Notes: generated by a model not told the origin, from the sequence alone. DNA of 40,295 bases from a virus (IMGVR_UViG_3300038530_001416:1-40295); one strand, 5' to 3'. Positions 1-10,048 are shown, counted from the stretch's first letter. A program made the numbers and translations.

Positions 1-42
1 GAGAGTGGATTCATCCATCCCGAATAGGATTTCACTAACCAT
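1..42 (-). CDS. 5' end of a hypothetical protein (runs off the window)
   Basis: ATG at 42-40, 5 nt after the stop of 48..485; open frame MVSEILFGMDESTL to the window edge. Confidence 0.55.
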   Translation of the reverse strand, partial: MVSEILFGMDESTL

Positions 43-47
43 TGTAA

Positions 48-485
48 TCACTCATTGAACCCTGTCAGGAATGTAGGACTGACTGTTGTTGGTTCTGAGT
101 TCTGAGGTAGGTTGGGCATCACACTGTCACCATATACCGTAGAGCCACCTAGAGGGATGCCAAACTGTTGCTGAAAGTTTCTCATTGATTCTCTAACTCT
201 CTTTCTGTTATCCTCATCCCTTGCCTTTCTATTCCAGTAGGAGTTGATTTGCCTTTGAAGTAGGAAGTCCTCTATGTAATCATTTAGTATTAAATCGAAC
301 AATGCTTTCAATATCATTATTCCACCTACTGTCAACACTCCGAATATTATCGCTACTGGATAAGGGCCGTATGCATTAACGAAGGTTGTACCATATTGTG
401 AGAAGAAATAAACGTTGATTCCACTGACTGCTCCAACAAAAAGAACAGTCATAATTAGTCGGGTATCTGTATCTATGCTTGGCAT
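48..485 (-). CDS. Membrane protein with two transmembrane helices (unknown function, possibly lysis related)
   Basis: Two hydrophobic segments (LIMTVLFVGAVSGINVYFF; VAIIFGVLTVGGIMIL); GAGGTG RBS upstream. Confidence 0.75.
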   Translation of the reverse strand: MPSIDTDTRLIMTVLFVGAVSGINVYFFSQYGTTFVNAYGPYPVAIIFGVLTVGGIMILKALFDLILNDYIEDFLLQRQINSYWNRKARDEDNRKRVRESMRNFQQQFGIPLGGSTVYGDSVMPNLPQNSEPTTVSPTFLTGFNE

Positions 486-494
486 CTGAACACC

Positions 495-794
495 TCAAGC
501 AAAGTTAACTGAAACAGTTCCAGTTCCTGTCGCTATCTGTGCATAGATGCCATTAGCGACTAGAACACCATGTAGGTCTTGCTCAATGGTCTGAGCAGTT
601 CCACCTGCATGTAGTTGCAGTCTTGCTACCTCCTTCTTCCCGCTAGTTGTTGAGTTGTCACTGTCCCAAATCTTGACAGTAAATAGTGCGTTTGCAGTTG
701 ATGTTGCATGAACGCTCATTATCTTGCAGTGATGTTTTGCTACCACTGTTGAAGATGATAGGACTCCACTGCTATTACAGGTTGGGGAAGCCAT
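495..794 (-). CDS. Small beta-rich putative virion protein
   Basis: Translationally coupled to the upstream gene; S/T/V/A-rich; located downstream of the MCP. Confidence 0.7.
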   Translation of the reverse strand: MASPTCNSSGVLSSSTVVAKHHCKIMSVHATSTANALFTVKIWDSDNSTTSGKKEVARLQLHAGGTAQTIEQDLHGVLVANGIYAQIATGTGTVSVNFA

Positions 795-1291
795 TACTCA
801 GCCCCCGTCATCCTCTCTACCAAATCGGCTTTTTTTCCCTCAGTTGATAGTCCCTTTTCCTCAAGCATTTCTTTCAGTTGCTTTACTGTGTATTTTGAAT
901 AGTCGATAGTCTCCTCCTCAGATTCTTCGACTGTTGGCTCTTCAACCACTACCTCTTGCTTTGGTGTTGGTGTGACAGCCTCTACTGCTTTAGCAGCCAG
1001 TGATTTTTTCTTAGGGAACATACTAGCCTGTATAGCCTTTACATCCCCTTCTAAGCCAAACTCCTTTCTGAGTAAATCTAGTGTGTATTCGTTGGCAGTT
1101 AGTAACTCTGCCTCATCACTAGCCGTAAACTCAACAATCAATCCACTATCACCTAGCATTCCCACTGCTATTCCTAGCGGAACTTTTGTTTCCTCTTGTG
1201 CTGTTAGAGCGTAGGTCGCACCTGCTCTTCTCAAAAGAAGCGGCCCACTTACTCTGTGTTGTTTTAGTTTAACATTCGCCATTTTAATCAC
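794..1291 (-). CDS. Protein with C-terminal SAP/HeH DNA-binding domain
   Basis: C-terminal YSKYTVKQLKEMLEEKGLSTEGKKADLVERM fits the SAP motif, preceded by an acidic linker; likely start ATG at 1282 with AGGTGA RBS. Confidence 0.8.
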   Translation of the reverse strand: MIKMANVKLKQHRVSGPLLLRRAGATYALTAQEETKVPLGIAVGMLGDSGLIVEFTASDEAELLTANEYTLDLLRKEFGLEGDVKAIQASMFPKKKSLAAKAVEAVTPTPKQEVVVEEPTVEESEEETIDYSKYTVKQLKEMLEEKGLSTEGKKADLVERMTGAE

Positions 1292-1305
1292 CTTATTTTT
1301 TGTTG

Positions 1306-1343
1306 GTAGTAACCCCTGCCCTATTACGGGCAGAGGCTACTAC
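1306..1343 (-). terminator. Stem-loop downstream of the MCP and decoration genes
   Basis: Imperfect inverted repeat gtagtaacccctgccc...gggcagaggctactac in the intergenic gap. Confidence 0.55.
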
Positions 1344-1371
1344 TTTACGTTATCACTTAATCATTGTGATA

Positions 1372-1725
1372 TCAGAGATTACCGTATACACGGACTCTAA
1401 CAGAACCGCCGTTAGCATCGTTAGACAACGTAGCATTAGTTCCGTCTAATGCAGTGAACATGAGAGCAAAGGATGTTCCACTCTCATAAGCACCTGCGGC
1501 ACTAATCTCTACTGATGGCAACACTGCGTTGGCGTTATCGCTACCTGTGATTGATACACTATGAATAGATGATAGGCCAAGAGCCGAAGCAGGTATTACT
1601 GACCCTGCTGCGACTATTGACGTTACATCTATCAAAGCATCGACTACATACTCGTCACCTGAGACCTTTGGGGCAGTTACGCCCTTATGGTCAGCAAGCA
1701 AAGTAACTGTGTATGCTAATGCCAT
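1372..1725 (-). CDS. Putative capsid decoration / minor head protein
   Basis: Immediately downstream of the MCP with GAGGTGA RBS; 117 aa, rich in A/S/G/V. Confidence 0.65.
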   Translation of the reverse strand: MALAYTVTLLADHKGVTAPKVSGDEYVVDALIDVTSIVAAGSVIPASALGLSSIHSVSITGSDNANAVLPSVEISAAGAYESGTSFALMFTALDGTNATLSNDANGGSVRVRVYGNL

Positions 1726-1736
1726 TCTTAATCACC

Positions 1737-3098
1737 TCACGCACTCTTTAGGTTGGTTATCTTTCCTTGACCCTTGAAGAACGAACATCCGGTTTCACCC
1801 ATTGTTCGGTACATTCCTTGGTTTCCGAGTTTACCAACACCGAATGGGTTTCCGCTAGTGATACCATCCTCAAAGTATTGGGTAGGCTTCATCACTGATA
1901 GCCACAGATGGTCTGTGTCTAGTATCAGTATGTCGCTCAGAGTGTTGGTCGTGTTTGCACCAGTCGAGGGCATGTCCTTGCTTGGGATTATTGGGATGTC
2001 ATAGTATGTTGCAACTCTGAATCCAGCCTCTTGTCCCTTAACTCCACGAACTCCGTTGTGGGTTGGAACAATCTCCTTCCTGTCCATGAACCTCTCCTGA
2101 CTTTGTAGTAAGTCAGCAATGTGCTGGATAGTATCGTATCCTGTTAGGATAACCTTTGGGTTTCCGCCGTTCTGCCTGATTCTGCGAATCATGTCATTGA
2201 GCAGAGTTAGTGTTAGAACCCTAGCATCACCAGCAGCGTATCCGTCACCGAAGTCAACCTCTGCATCCAAGAAGGAAGCAGTTCCAGTTGCAGCGTTGCT
2301 GGATATTGAGACAGTTCGGGAAGTACCGAATAGTCTTACAACATCAGCGACTACTGCGGAGTTGTCTCCGTTGTTAGCACCAGTGTCCAATAGGTTTGCG
2401 TTATACATAGCAGCAATCTCACCAGCAGATGCAACAATCTTTAGTAGAGAAGTGTAGTTTCTCTCAATGTTTGTTGATGTTCCATCATCGTACCTCTCAA
2501 GAGGCATTAGTAGCATCTTGCTCTGTGTCTCTGCGTGGTGCTTACCCATGTCCTCACGGATAATTGCTCTGATGTCACCGACACCATCATCAATGGAAGC
2601 AAGTTCCATACCAAGTTCTGAGAACTCAAACAAGTGAGCAACAGTCTTTGGGCTGATGTATAGTTTCTCATACTCAGGAGCGATTGCTGGAATATCGTTT
2701 CCAGTTCCTAGAGATGCGTTCTCACCAACGCCACCTATGCTGTCTGCTCTTGGTGAAGCAGAACCAGTTGCGCCAGTTCCTACTGCGAATGCAGATGCTG
2801 AACCACCTTGAGGTCGGCTCTTTAGAACTCTCCAACCACTAGATGTGTATGGTCTCTTGGATAGCATAGCAAGAGCGTTAACCTCTTGGTTTAGCATAGA
2901 CCATACTTTCTGTCCGTAAAGAACATTGTATAGGTCTCCCAATCCACTAGCAGCAGAAAACGGGTTGCTTGCTGCATCGTGGGGCGTTCCGAAACCACCA
3001 ACAACGCCAGCAGCCTTTAGCAGAGCATTGCCCTGTGCGCCAGCATAGCCGTAGGTGGCTGCTTCTAAGTCTTTCAATGTGTTAATGTATCCACTCAT
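1737..3098 (-). CDS. Major capsid protein (HK97 fold)
   Basis: 453 aa, directly after the protease/scaffold gene; C-terminal pattern (YDIPIIPSKDMP...ILILDT...QGKITNL) typical of HK97-type MCPs. Confidence 0.9.
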   Translation of the reverse strand: MSGYINTLKDLEAATYGYAGAQGNALLKAAGVVGGFGTPHDAASNPFSAASGLGDLYNVLYGQKVWSMLNQEVNALAMLSKRPYTSSGWRVLKSRPQGGSASAFAVGTGATGSASPRADSIGGVGENASLGTGNDIPAIAPEYEKLYISPKTVAHLFEFSELGMELASIDDGVGDIRAIIREDMGKHHAETQSKMLLMPLERYDDGTSTNIERNYTSLLKIVASAGEIAAMYNANLLDTGANNGDNSAVVADVVRLFGTSRTVSISSNAATGTASFLDAEVDFGDGYAAGDARVLTLTLLNDMIRRIRQNGGNPKVILTGYDTIQHIADLLQSQERFMDRKEIVPTHNGVRGVKGQEAGFRVATYYDIPIIPSKDMPSTGANTTNTLSDILILDTDHLWLSVMKPTQYFEDGITSGNPFGVGKLGNQGMYRTMGETGCSFFKGQGKITNLKSA

Positions 3099-4355
3099 TC
3101 AGTTCACTCTCCTTGCAAGATTATGGATATCTCCCCAAGACATCTCAGCAACTGCTTCAGCAGTGGTTGGGAAACCTTCAGGTAGTTCCATTGCTACCTC
3201 AGTAGCCTTGCGAATTTCATCTTTCTCTGCGGTTAGAGCCTTGCGTAGTTCTGCAAACTCTTCTTTGAGAGCAGACACTTCTGAGTGTGCATCATACTCT
3301 GCTTTCTCTGCTAGAGACTTCTTCATTTCCATCTCTTCAGCGAGCCTAGCCTCAAACTGCTTTGAGAGGTTGTCGTATGCCAACTTCTCAAGTTGTTCAG
3401 CACGATACTGCTCGTATGCTTTCTCAACGTTCTCAGGTGACAAGTCGAGAGTAGTGAAGTCTGCTGAGTCAAGACCCTTGCTTATTGGGCCTAGTTGTCT
3501 TGGCGCAGCGAGAGGTCTTCCGCCACTGACGACTTCTTCGCCAGCACCGTAGTCCCTAGTGGAATCCTCGTCAAGTGCTTTCATCTCATCATCTCCTTTG
3601 TAAGACATCTTGCTCTCGTCATCGTCATCCATCTTCTCGTCAGCCATCATTTTGTCCTCAGACATCATTTTGTCTTCCTCGTCATCCATCTTTTCTTCTT
3701 CCATCATTTCCATTTCTTCCTTTACAACATTTTCTGTTTTTGCACCAGTTGCTTCCTGAACCTGCTTTAGCAGACCATTCAACTCCTCTAGTGCGCTTTC
3801 TAGTTTTTCTGACAAATTATCACCTCCATTTTCGTGTTTTAATATGTCGAATTTTGCTTCGGGGTTTATTCCTTTTTCACATATGGTAACTTCATGCAAC
3901 TCCAAGTTGTCAATCTCGTTGTACTCCCCGTATTCCTCCGATTTTCTTTGTTTCTTTGATATTGCTTGTCCACCAATACTGAATGAGCGTAATGTTCCTT
4001 TTCTAATACCTCTTGCTATTTCCTTAGCCTTTTCTATGTCATCTCTCATTTTGATAACTACATAGAACCCAACGTTGTCAACACCTGTCTTGTGTAATAC
4101 CCCGTTAGTATCTCGATATTGCTCTATTACCTCCCCGACCTGAACATTTGAATGGTTTGACATTACATTTCGATAAGACTTTCTTTCCATGAATTCTGCT
4201 ACTGCTTTTTCCAGTGCTTCAAGAGTAATCAAGTCATTCTGCTTGTCTACTACTTCTATTGATGCATAACCACCGATTGTCAATTCTTCTGACTTTAGTA
4301 TGGTAAATCCATCACTAGATTCCTGTCTAATCAAAACCTCCTGCGGTGCAAACAC
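3099..4355 (-). CDS. Prohead (maturation) protease with C-terminal scaffold domain
   Basis: GYASIEVVDKQND, H in MSNHSN, and LRSFSIGG...LHEVTICEKGINPEA match the HK97/XkdF-type protease; acidic coiled-coil C-terminal half. Confidence 0.9.
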   Translation of the reverse strand: MFAPQEVLIRQESSDGFTILKSEELTIGGYASIEVVDKQNDLITLEALEKAVAEFMERKSYRNVMSNHSNVQVGEVIEQYRDTNGVLHKTGVDNVGFYVVIKMRDDIEKAKEIARGIRKGTLRSFSIGGQAISKKQRKSEEYGEYNEIDNLELHEVTICEKGINPEAKFDILKHENGGDNLSEKLESALEELNGLLKQVQEATGAKTENVVKEEMEMMEEEKMDDEEDKMMSEDKMMADEKMDDDDESKMSYKGDDEMKALDEDSTRDYGAGEEVVSGGRPLAAPRQLGPISKGLDSADFTTLDLSPENVEKAYEQYRAEQLEKLAYDNLSKQFEARLAEEMEMKKSLAEKAEYDAHSEVSALKEEFAELRKALTAEKDEIRKATEVAMELPEGFPTTAEAVAEMSWGDIHNLARRVN

Positions 4356-4394
4356 TACAAAAGGAATTATCTTTTACTATATGAACTACACGAT

Positions 4395-6980
4395 TTACTC
4401 ATCTTCAGGCGAAGAGGCTTCAGGAAGTTCCAAATTACTGTATTTATCATCGCTAATGTTGATTATTCCCTCATTTGAGTCATCATCTAACATCTTCTGT
4501 TGTTTACCTGTGAATACTATCCAAGACTTCTTTTCATTCAACGGAACTACTCTAAAGTGTATTCTAGATTGGAACTTGTCTCCTTCCATTCTATATTCAT
4601 GATATCCATGTTTCTGAACACCAAATATTAGTTCACCACTATCTAGAACCTTAGTGCTATCTATTTTCTCAGAAACCATAGCCGGATACTTTCCTGACTT
4701 TCCAAACAGTTCGTAGATATCTGTTGGTTCATCTATGTCAATTAACCAAGCCATTCTATCTTTCTCAGTTTCTATGATGAAGTCTATGTTCCCATCATCT
4801 CTCTGTCTGACTTCAAACTTACCAGCCATTTCAGAATCCTCTTTGTCTTTCTGTATAACCTCCGGCGAGTTATCGAACTTGCTGTTTGGTAGTTCGATGA
4901 AACTATCCTGTCTTTTCATCCAGTTCATTAGTTCTCTAGGTTGTAGGCTGAATATCTCATCATATGAGTCAGACTCCTCTGCTCTTAGTTTCTCCTCGAT
5001 ATCATCAAAGGACATTGGAGAATCATTTTCCTCTATCATCTCCCTTATAGTGACTCTCAACTTTGATTTTCTAGATTTGATGAACTTCGATAACTGGTCT
5101 CTCATTTCATCCATATTGACCATCGCATTCTTCTCCATCAGTTTGTCTCCCTTCAAACCATAGATGGTGAAGCCATCAACATCGCCCTTGAATATTATTT
5201 CTGCTTCTCCATGAACATAATCTGTGACTATGTACTTACTCACTTTCTTGGAATCCTTTGCCTGTAACTCTGCTACCACTGCTAGTGGGTTGATTAAACT
5301 CTTAGGTGTAGCAATGGGTTCTACTAATCCTGAGAGTGATTTCTTAGTCTTGGATGACAACTGCTCTAAAGTCTTGATTTTGTCCGGCTCATCTACTTCA
5401 GGAAGTTCAATGAGTTTTGCTGAATAAAGACTGAATCCCTCTTTCTTCTTATTCACCTCATCTACCTTAACTCGTATTATGCTACCAACACTGACCTCTA
5501 TCTTGGTATTCAACGCTTTACCAACCGGAGCGTAATCCTTACCTTCGTACTCAACAGATTTCATGTCTCTCTTTTCTTCCGCAGACAATGGCCCTGCACC
5601 CATTGTATAGGAAAACATGCCACTAGCAGTTTTCTTCATGTCTAAGACAATGACATCTAAATCAACAAACTTCTTCCATTTAATCCACTTAGGATTCTTT
5701 CTTTTTCCTATGTAGTATGTGGATTCTATGTCCTTTATCACTACCCCTTCTGCTGTTGGCATTTCCATTATCTTCTCAGCATATTCCCCAACTTCTTTCA
5801 TTGAATCTGCTATTCTAGTATCTTTCTTAGATGGGAATGCTAGTTCCTCTGAGGAGTGTTGTGAAAACTGGTACAGTAGGATGTTTATTCTCTCACGAAG
5901 AGGCTCATCGACTAAATCTCTTCCCTCATGCCTCATTATATCAAAAACATGTAGTCTTAGTTTTCCACCATCTAGTTTCTTCTTGAAGACATGTGTGATT
6001 GTATCTGCTCTGTGTAAAGCCTCATCATCCTTGAACAGCATCAGTTCTCCATCTAGTATGCAATCTCCAAATGCCTTGTTTTCCATTTTTTCAACTTGCT
6101 CAGGACATTTATCTGTGATATCCTTTTCATTGTATGAGAAAATTTTGACTTTGTTGTTGAACTTGTGAATCTGAACTCTCATCCCATCGTACTTCTCTTG
6201 AACCACATACTCCCCACTGAGACCTAGTATCTCCTTCATGTCATCGAGTTCAAAGATTCTATACATTGGCTTGTTAGGTATTAGAAAATCTACGTCAGCC
6301 TTCTCCTCATCAGATTTGGCGATATCCAAGTCTTTCAGATTATTCCATCTCTCTTCCGAGTATTGGCTCTGATAGACCTCCTTAAGTAAAGCAAGAGCCT
6401 TGTTGAACTTTCCTTCGACTCTCTTAGTATCTTTATCATCACCATAATGTTCGATGATATACAGTGGAATGTCCTTAACTTCGATATCCAACCCAATTGA
6501 GTTTTGAGTTATCTCGTCAGGTTTTAGGTTGGCTTCTTCCCATGCTTTCTTTGGCAATGTATTGGCATGGCTTCTGAGAGCATAGTGTATGAATGCAGCA
6601 AATACCGCTTCGTCATCCATCAGGGTTTCTAGTACCTTATTGCCTAATTGTTTTGAGAATGGGTCACTTATTTCTGAGGTTTCAAACCTCATTCTCTTTA
6701 CATCTTCGTATACTTTTCTTGCAACGTTAGACTCAGCATCCGTTGCTTTTTCATCGAAGAGTTCCTTTTCATTTATCTTATCTTTTAGAAGTTCAGAAAA
6801 TTTTCCAAGACCGTCAAAGTTCTCCCTGATGCTCTTCACTGTGTTTTTCCACTTCTTTCCATATTCCTTTGGGTTTTCCTTAGCAGAAAGATAAGCGTAT
6901 CTTACTCTTTCAAAAAAGTCTAACACTCTTTTCGTAAGAGCCTCAGTTTCCTTCTCAAAAGATACGCCCGAAGATTTCAT
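4395..6980 (-). CDS. lig: ATP-dependent DNA ligase with N- and C-terminal extensions
   Basis: Motif I QEKYDGMR, III ILDGEL, IIIa HVFDIM, IV EGVVIK, V WIKWK, then an OB-like domain. Confidence 0.9.
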   Translation of the reverse strand: MKSSGVSFEKETEALTKRVLDFFERVRYAYLSAKENPKEYGKKWKNTVKSIRENFDGLGKFSELLKDKINEKELFDEKATDAESNVARKVYEDVKRMRFETSEISDPFSKQLGNKVLETLMDDEAVFAAFIHYALRSHANTLPKKAWEEANLKPDEITQNSIGLDIEVKDIPLYIIEHYGDDKDTKRVEGKFNKALALLKEVYQSQYSEERWNNLKDLDIAKSDEEKADVDFLIPNKPMYRIFELDDMKEILGLSGEYVVQEKYDGMRVQIHKFNNKVKIFSYNEKDITDKCPEQVEKMENKAFGDCILDGELMLFKDDEALHRADTITHVFKKKLDGGKLRLHVFDIMRHEGRDLVDEPLRERINILLYQFSQHSSEELAFPSKKDTRIADSMKEVGEYAEKIMEMPTAEGVVIKDIESTYYIGKRKNPKWIKWKKFVDLDVIVLDMKKTASGMFSYTMGAGPLSAEEKRDMKSVEYEGKDYAPVGKALNTKIEVSVGSIIRVKVDEVNKKKEGFSLYSAKLIELPEVDEPDKIKTLEQLSSKTKKSLSGLVEPIATPKSLINPLAVVAELQAKDSKKVSKYIVTDYVHGEAEIIFKGDVDGFTIYGLKGDKLMEKNAMVNMDEMRDQLSKFIKSRKSKLRVTIREMIEENDSPMSFDDIEEKLRAEESDSYDEIFSLQPRELMNWMKRQDSFIELPNSKFDNSPEVIQKDKEDSEMAGKFEVRQRDDGNIDFIIETEKDRMAWLIDIDEPTDIYELFGKSGKYPAMVSEKIDSTKVLDSGELIFGVQKHGYHEYRMEGDKFQSRIHFRVVPLNEKKSWIVFTGKQQKMLDDDSNEGIINISDDKYSNLELPEASSPEDE

Positions 6981-7000
6981 TATACATCAAAACCTTCTCT

Positions 7001-7222
7001 CTATCCTTCGTTTACCAAATCTGCATTACCCTCAATATTACTAGTCTTAGGTAGTTTCTCTTCAGGCGGGTTCTTCTGTGGCTTCTTTACCTTCACTTCT
7101 TCACCCATAACATCCTCATCTAAACCAATCTGACCTAGATGTGCTTGCTCCTGTATCACTTCTTTGGCTTTCTCAATAGCCAACTCCACAATCTTCTCTT
7201 CCCTAGTCACTTTTTCCGGCAT
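7001..7222 (-). CDS. Hypothetical protein
   Basis: Coupled TAATG junction; viral codon usage. Confidence 0.7.
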   Translation of the reverse strand: MPEKVTREEKIVELAIEKAKEVIQEQAHLGQIGLDEDVMGEEVKVKKPQKNPPEEKLPKTSNIEGNADLVNEG

Positions 7223-7452
7223 TACCTTCCCTCCATTTTCTCCGTCATCTTACGAATTTCATCCCAAGACATATTACCACCATCAGGAACTTCAACACTA
7301 CCCATAGAGGGTCTTGGCGACTCACGAACCACAAATCCTGATTTCATCAATAGGTTATCCTTATGGTAAACTGCTTTCTCTAAGGCGTTAACCTTGTCTA
7401 CTAGTTCTTTCATCAATAACAACATCTCATTTTCTTCTTCTTTCTTGCTCAT
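7222..7452 (-). CDS. Hypothetical coiled-coil protein; C-terminus resembles the scaffold C-terminus
   Basis: ATGA overlap; ends MSWDEIRKM, compare scaffold MSWGDIHNL. Confidence 0.7.
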   Translation of the reverse strand: MSKKEEENEMLLLMKELVDKVNALEKAVYHKDNLLMKSGFVVRESPRPSMGSVEVPDGGNMSWDEIRKMTEKMEGR

Positions 7453-7760
7453 ACTCTTCCCTCTCCTTCTAATTTGAATATCAATTTTCCATCAGTCGTA
7501 AATATCAGGTTGTATCCCATATCTGCATACAAGTCCTCTGCTACATCTACCGCTCTTCTTGGTGACATTAGTAGGTCAGAAAGTTCAATACTTGCATATG
7601 TTGATTTTTTCTTTCCTTCTCTCTGTATGATTGGGTCTACCCTCTCTTGGAATAATTCAACGTACTCAGACCTTGATAAATTATCATTAGTGTTATCCTT
7701 GAACTCTGCCTCTCTAGGATTCCTTATTGGCGGTGCTTTTAGTATATCTTCCCAACTCAT
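7449..7760 (-). CDS. Hypothetical protein with W-tag (MSWEDILK)
   Basis: GGGTGA RBS before ATG at 7760. Confidence 0.7.
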   Translation of the reverse strand: MSWEDILKAPPIRNPREAEFKDNTNDNLSRSEYVELFQERVDPIIQREGKKKSTYASIELSDLLMSPRRAVDVAEDLYADMGYNLIFTTDGKLIFKLEGEGRV

Positions 7761-7765
7761 CTTAA

Positions 7766-7987
7766 TCACCCATGCACCCATTCTACAAGTTTCTCAACAG
7801 GTTCGTTTGCCTTCTCTCTAGCAGCCTTGTTTCGCTCCCGTATCATAGCCAGTAGTTTTGCCTCTTTATCCTCAGTCCTCTTAGCCGCTTCTTCATCCTG
7901 TCCAGTGGATGCTGTTGTAGTAACTCTTGCCATTTCATCTGACTTCTCTGTGCCACAACTTCCCTTTAGCGTTTCAAACCAAGTCAT
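7766..7987 (-). CDS. Hypothetical protein with W-tag (MTWFETLK)
   Basis: AGGTGA RBS; operon context. Confidence 0.7.
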   Translation of the reverse strand: MTWFETLKGSCGTEKSDEMARVTTTASTGQDEEAAKRTEDKEAKLLAMIRERNKAAREKANEPVEKLVEWVHG

Positions 7988-8054
7988 TCTTCATCACCTA
8001 ACATTGGAAGCCTCATCCCTCTGTGCCATTCAATTTCTTGAACGACTCTGAGTT

Positions 8055-8393
8055 TCACTTCTTCGCCCCCTTCGGGTATGCCACGCTTTTGATTTGGTCA
8101 TAAAGCGTTTGATAGTCCTTGCGTAGTTCCGCAGCACTTGCGAGTAAGTCTAGATTCTTTTCACGAAATGACTTCATTTTCTTTGTGAGTATCTTATCTG
8201 TCTTAACTAAATCAAGTTCCTCTAATTCTGCAATGACATCTTCTAATTTAGTCATCTCATCTCCCATGTTCTTTGTGGGTTGTGTTATTTGCAGAAGTTT
8301 CTTGATTTTCTTCTTCTGTTTGGGTTCTAGTTTCTCTAGAAAGTCAGACGCTTTCAGTATCTCCTGCCACGCCATCATGTCCTCTCCTACCAT
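8055..8393 (-). CDS. Hypothetical coiled-coil protein with W-tag (MAWQEILK)
   Basis: ORF track; operon context. Confidence 0.7.
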   Translation of the reverse strand: MVGEDMMAWQEILKASDFLEKLEPKQKKKIKKLLQITQPTKNMGDEMTKLEDVIAELEELDLVKTDKILTKKMKSFREKNLDLLASAAELRKDYQTLYDQIKSVAYPKGAKK

Positions 8394-8413
8394 ACCTCAG
8401 TTTAATGTTATTT

Positions 8414-10048
8414 TCATTGTTGACTAGAATACTCTATATTTTTTCCTTTACCTCTGATACTGACTTTCATCTTAGAGCCATCAGGAAGAGAATAGACATG
8501 ACCATCAAAGTCATTCGTAAGTCTGTCCATTTTTGTTAGAGTTTGTTTCAAGTCTCTTATTTCTTCGTCAGTTCCTTGTTTCATACTTAGGTATGGTAGA
8601 GAAGGGTCTATATTGATGCCTTCAGAATCAATTTCTTCCATACTTGATTGTGCTTTAGACAAGACGTTTCTGACATAGGTATACGCTTTATCTATGAACC
8701 TAAGTGCCGTGTTCACATCTCCTGAAAAGGATGTATATGCGTATGAAGCATTATCACCATAGAATGCATCAGCACTATCTGCTTCCATCAAGTCATCTTC
8801 TTCATCCTTGAAGTTAGATAAATCAACAGATACTTCATAGAAAGTTTTTATCATTTGCTCCTTTACTTTAGAGAAATCGTCATAATCAAATTTTTTGTTT
8901 CTCAAATTATCTGATAGTGCTTTATCGATTTCCTTCAAGTCCAAAGCATTGTCCCTTATCTCCCGCATTAAATTGTATACACTCTGATATTTCTGTCTAG
9001 TCATGGTTCCGCCTGAAGCAGATAGACCGGGTATCTTTTTGATTATGTCCAAGTATAACTTATCGGCATCCTGTCCCTTGTATTGCCTGATTCTATAAAC
9101 TGGCTGTTTGGTTCTTGGGTTTATCTCGGCTACCATTTCGCCCTCCTTATTTCTAGTCATAGATACTTCAACAAATGCAGGAAATAGTCTGCCTCCATAC
9201 TTTTGTTCCATTCTTTCGGGCTTGACTTTACCTGATGCACCTCTAAGGCTTCTGACTAGCACAGTGACATCATTTATGTTACTCTCGTAGATATCTAGAA
9301 AGTCCTCTAACTTAGCGTCAATTATTGGATTCTCTATATCCTTGTCTTCTTCAGTAGCATAAGTATTCAACAGGTCGATTAGAGGTTTTACCCTTTCCTC
9401 AACCTTCTCCTTGTCCAAGTCTAGTTTGTGTAGCATGTACGACTTCTTAACATCACTGTCGAGATAAGCATCAGCGATTATTTTACCAACTTTCTCACCG
9501 ACTTCTATATCGCTTGGATAATGACTACCCAGTTGTATTCTAGATAGTGATATTCTATCTGCTAAATCTTTCAACTCTTTTCTCTTGTTCGGATACTTCT
9601 CTCCGAATATTCGTGCTAATGCATGAGCCTCTATCGCATGACCACTAGGAAATGCAGGACTATCATCAGTGTCTGTTGACGATTCTATTTCCTCACTTAT
9701 CTCAAATGGTCTAGGTCTAGCATATTTCATTTTGAGGCGTATTGTGTATATGTCTATGTCCTTGATTAACTCAATCCAGTCATTTCTTTTCTGTCCTACG
9801 ACCTCTAACATCAAATCATTGTTGTTCTTGTCCAAGTCTTCCATCTCACTATCAGGAATCTTCTTCTCCTTCATTATTCTGATAACTTCAGGTATCTCTT
9901 CCTTGCTATCAGGAAAGGAATACTCAGGAAACTCAACATCAAAGGATGGTGTCGAATCCAGTAGTTTCTTCTTTCCATCACTTAGATTGTTACGGGTAAA
10001 CCTAGACTCCTTCTTCTTGCGAAGTATGTCCATGAATGACCCATCCAT
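8414..10048 (-). CDS. PAP2 / acid phosphatase-superfamily domain protein with long C-terminal extension
   Basis: Three PAP2 motifs: KMKYARPRP, AFPSGH, SRIQLGSHYPSD. Confidence 0.85.
   Translation of the reverse strand: MDGSFMDILRKKKESRFTRNNLSDGKKKLLDSTPSFDVEFPEYSFPDSKEEIPEVIRIMKEKKIPDSEMEDLDKNNNDLMLEVVGQKRNDWIELIKDIDIYTIRLKMKYARPRPFEISEEIESSTDTDDSPAFPSGHAIEAHALARIFGEKYPNKRKELKDLADRISLSRIQLGSHYPSDIEVGEKVGKIIADAYLDSDVKKSYMLHKLDLDKEKVEERVKPLIDLLNTYATEEDKDIENPIIDAKLEDFLDIYESNINDVTVLVRSLRGASGKVKPERMEQKYGGRLFPAFVEVSMTRNKEGEMVAEINPRTKQPVYRIRQYKGQDADKLYLDIIKKIPGLSASGGTMTRQKYQSVYNLMREIRDNALDLKEIDKALSDNLRNKKFDYDDFSKVKEQMIKTFYEVSVDLSNFKDEEDDLMEADSADAFYGDNASYAYTSFSGDVNTALRFIDKAYTYVRNVLSKAQSSMEEIDSEGINIDPSLPYLSMKQGTDEEIRDLKQTLTKMDRLTNDFDGHVYSLPDGSKMKVSIRGKGKNIEYSSQQ

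Noticed and set aside
3575-3720. Repetitive catcatc/tcgtc sequence in the scaffold gene
   Set aside because: Simply encodes the low-complexity KM(M)DDE linker
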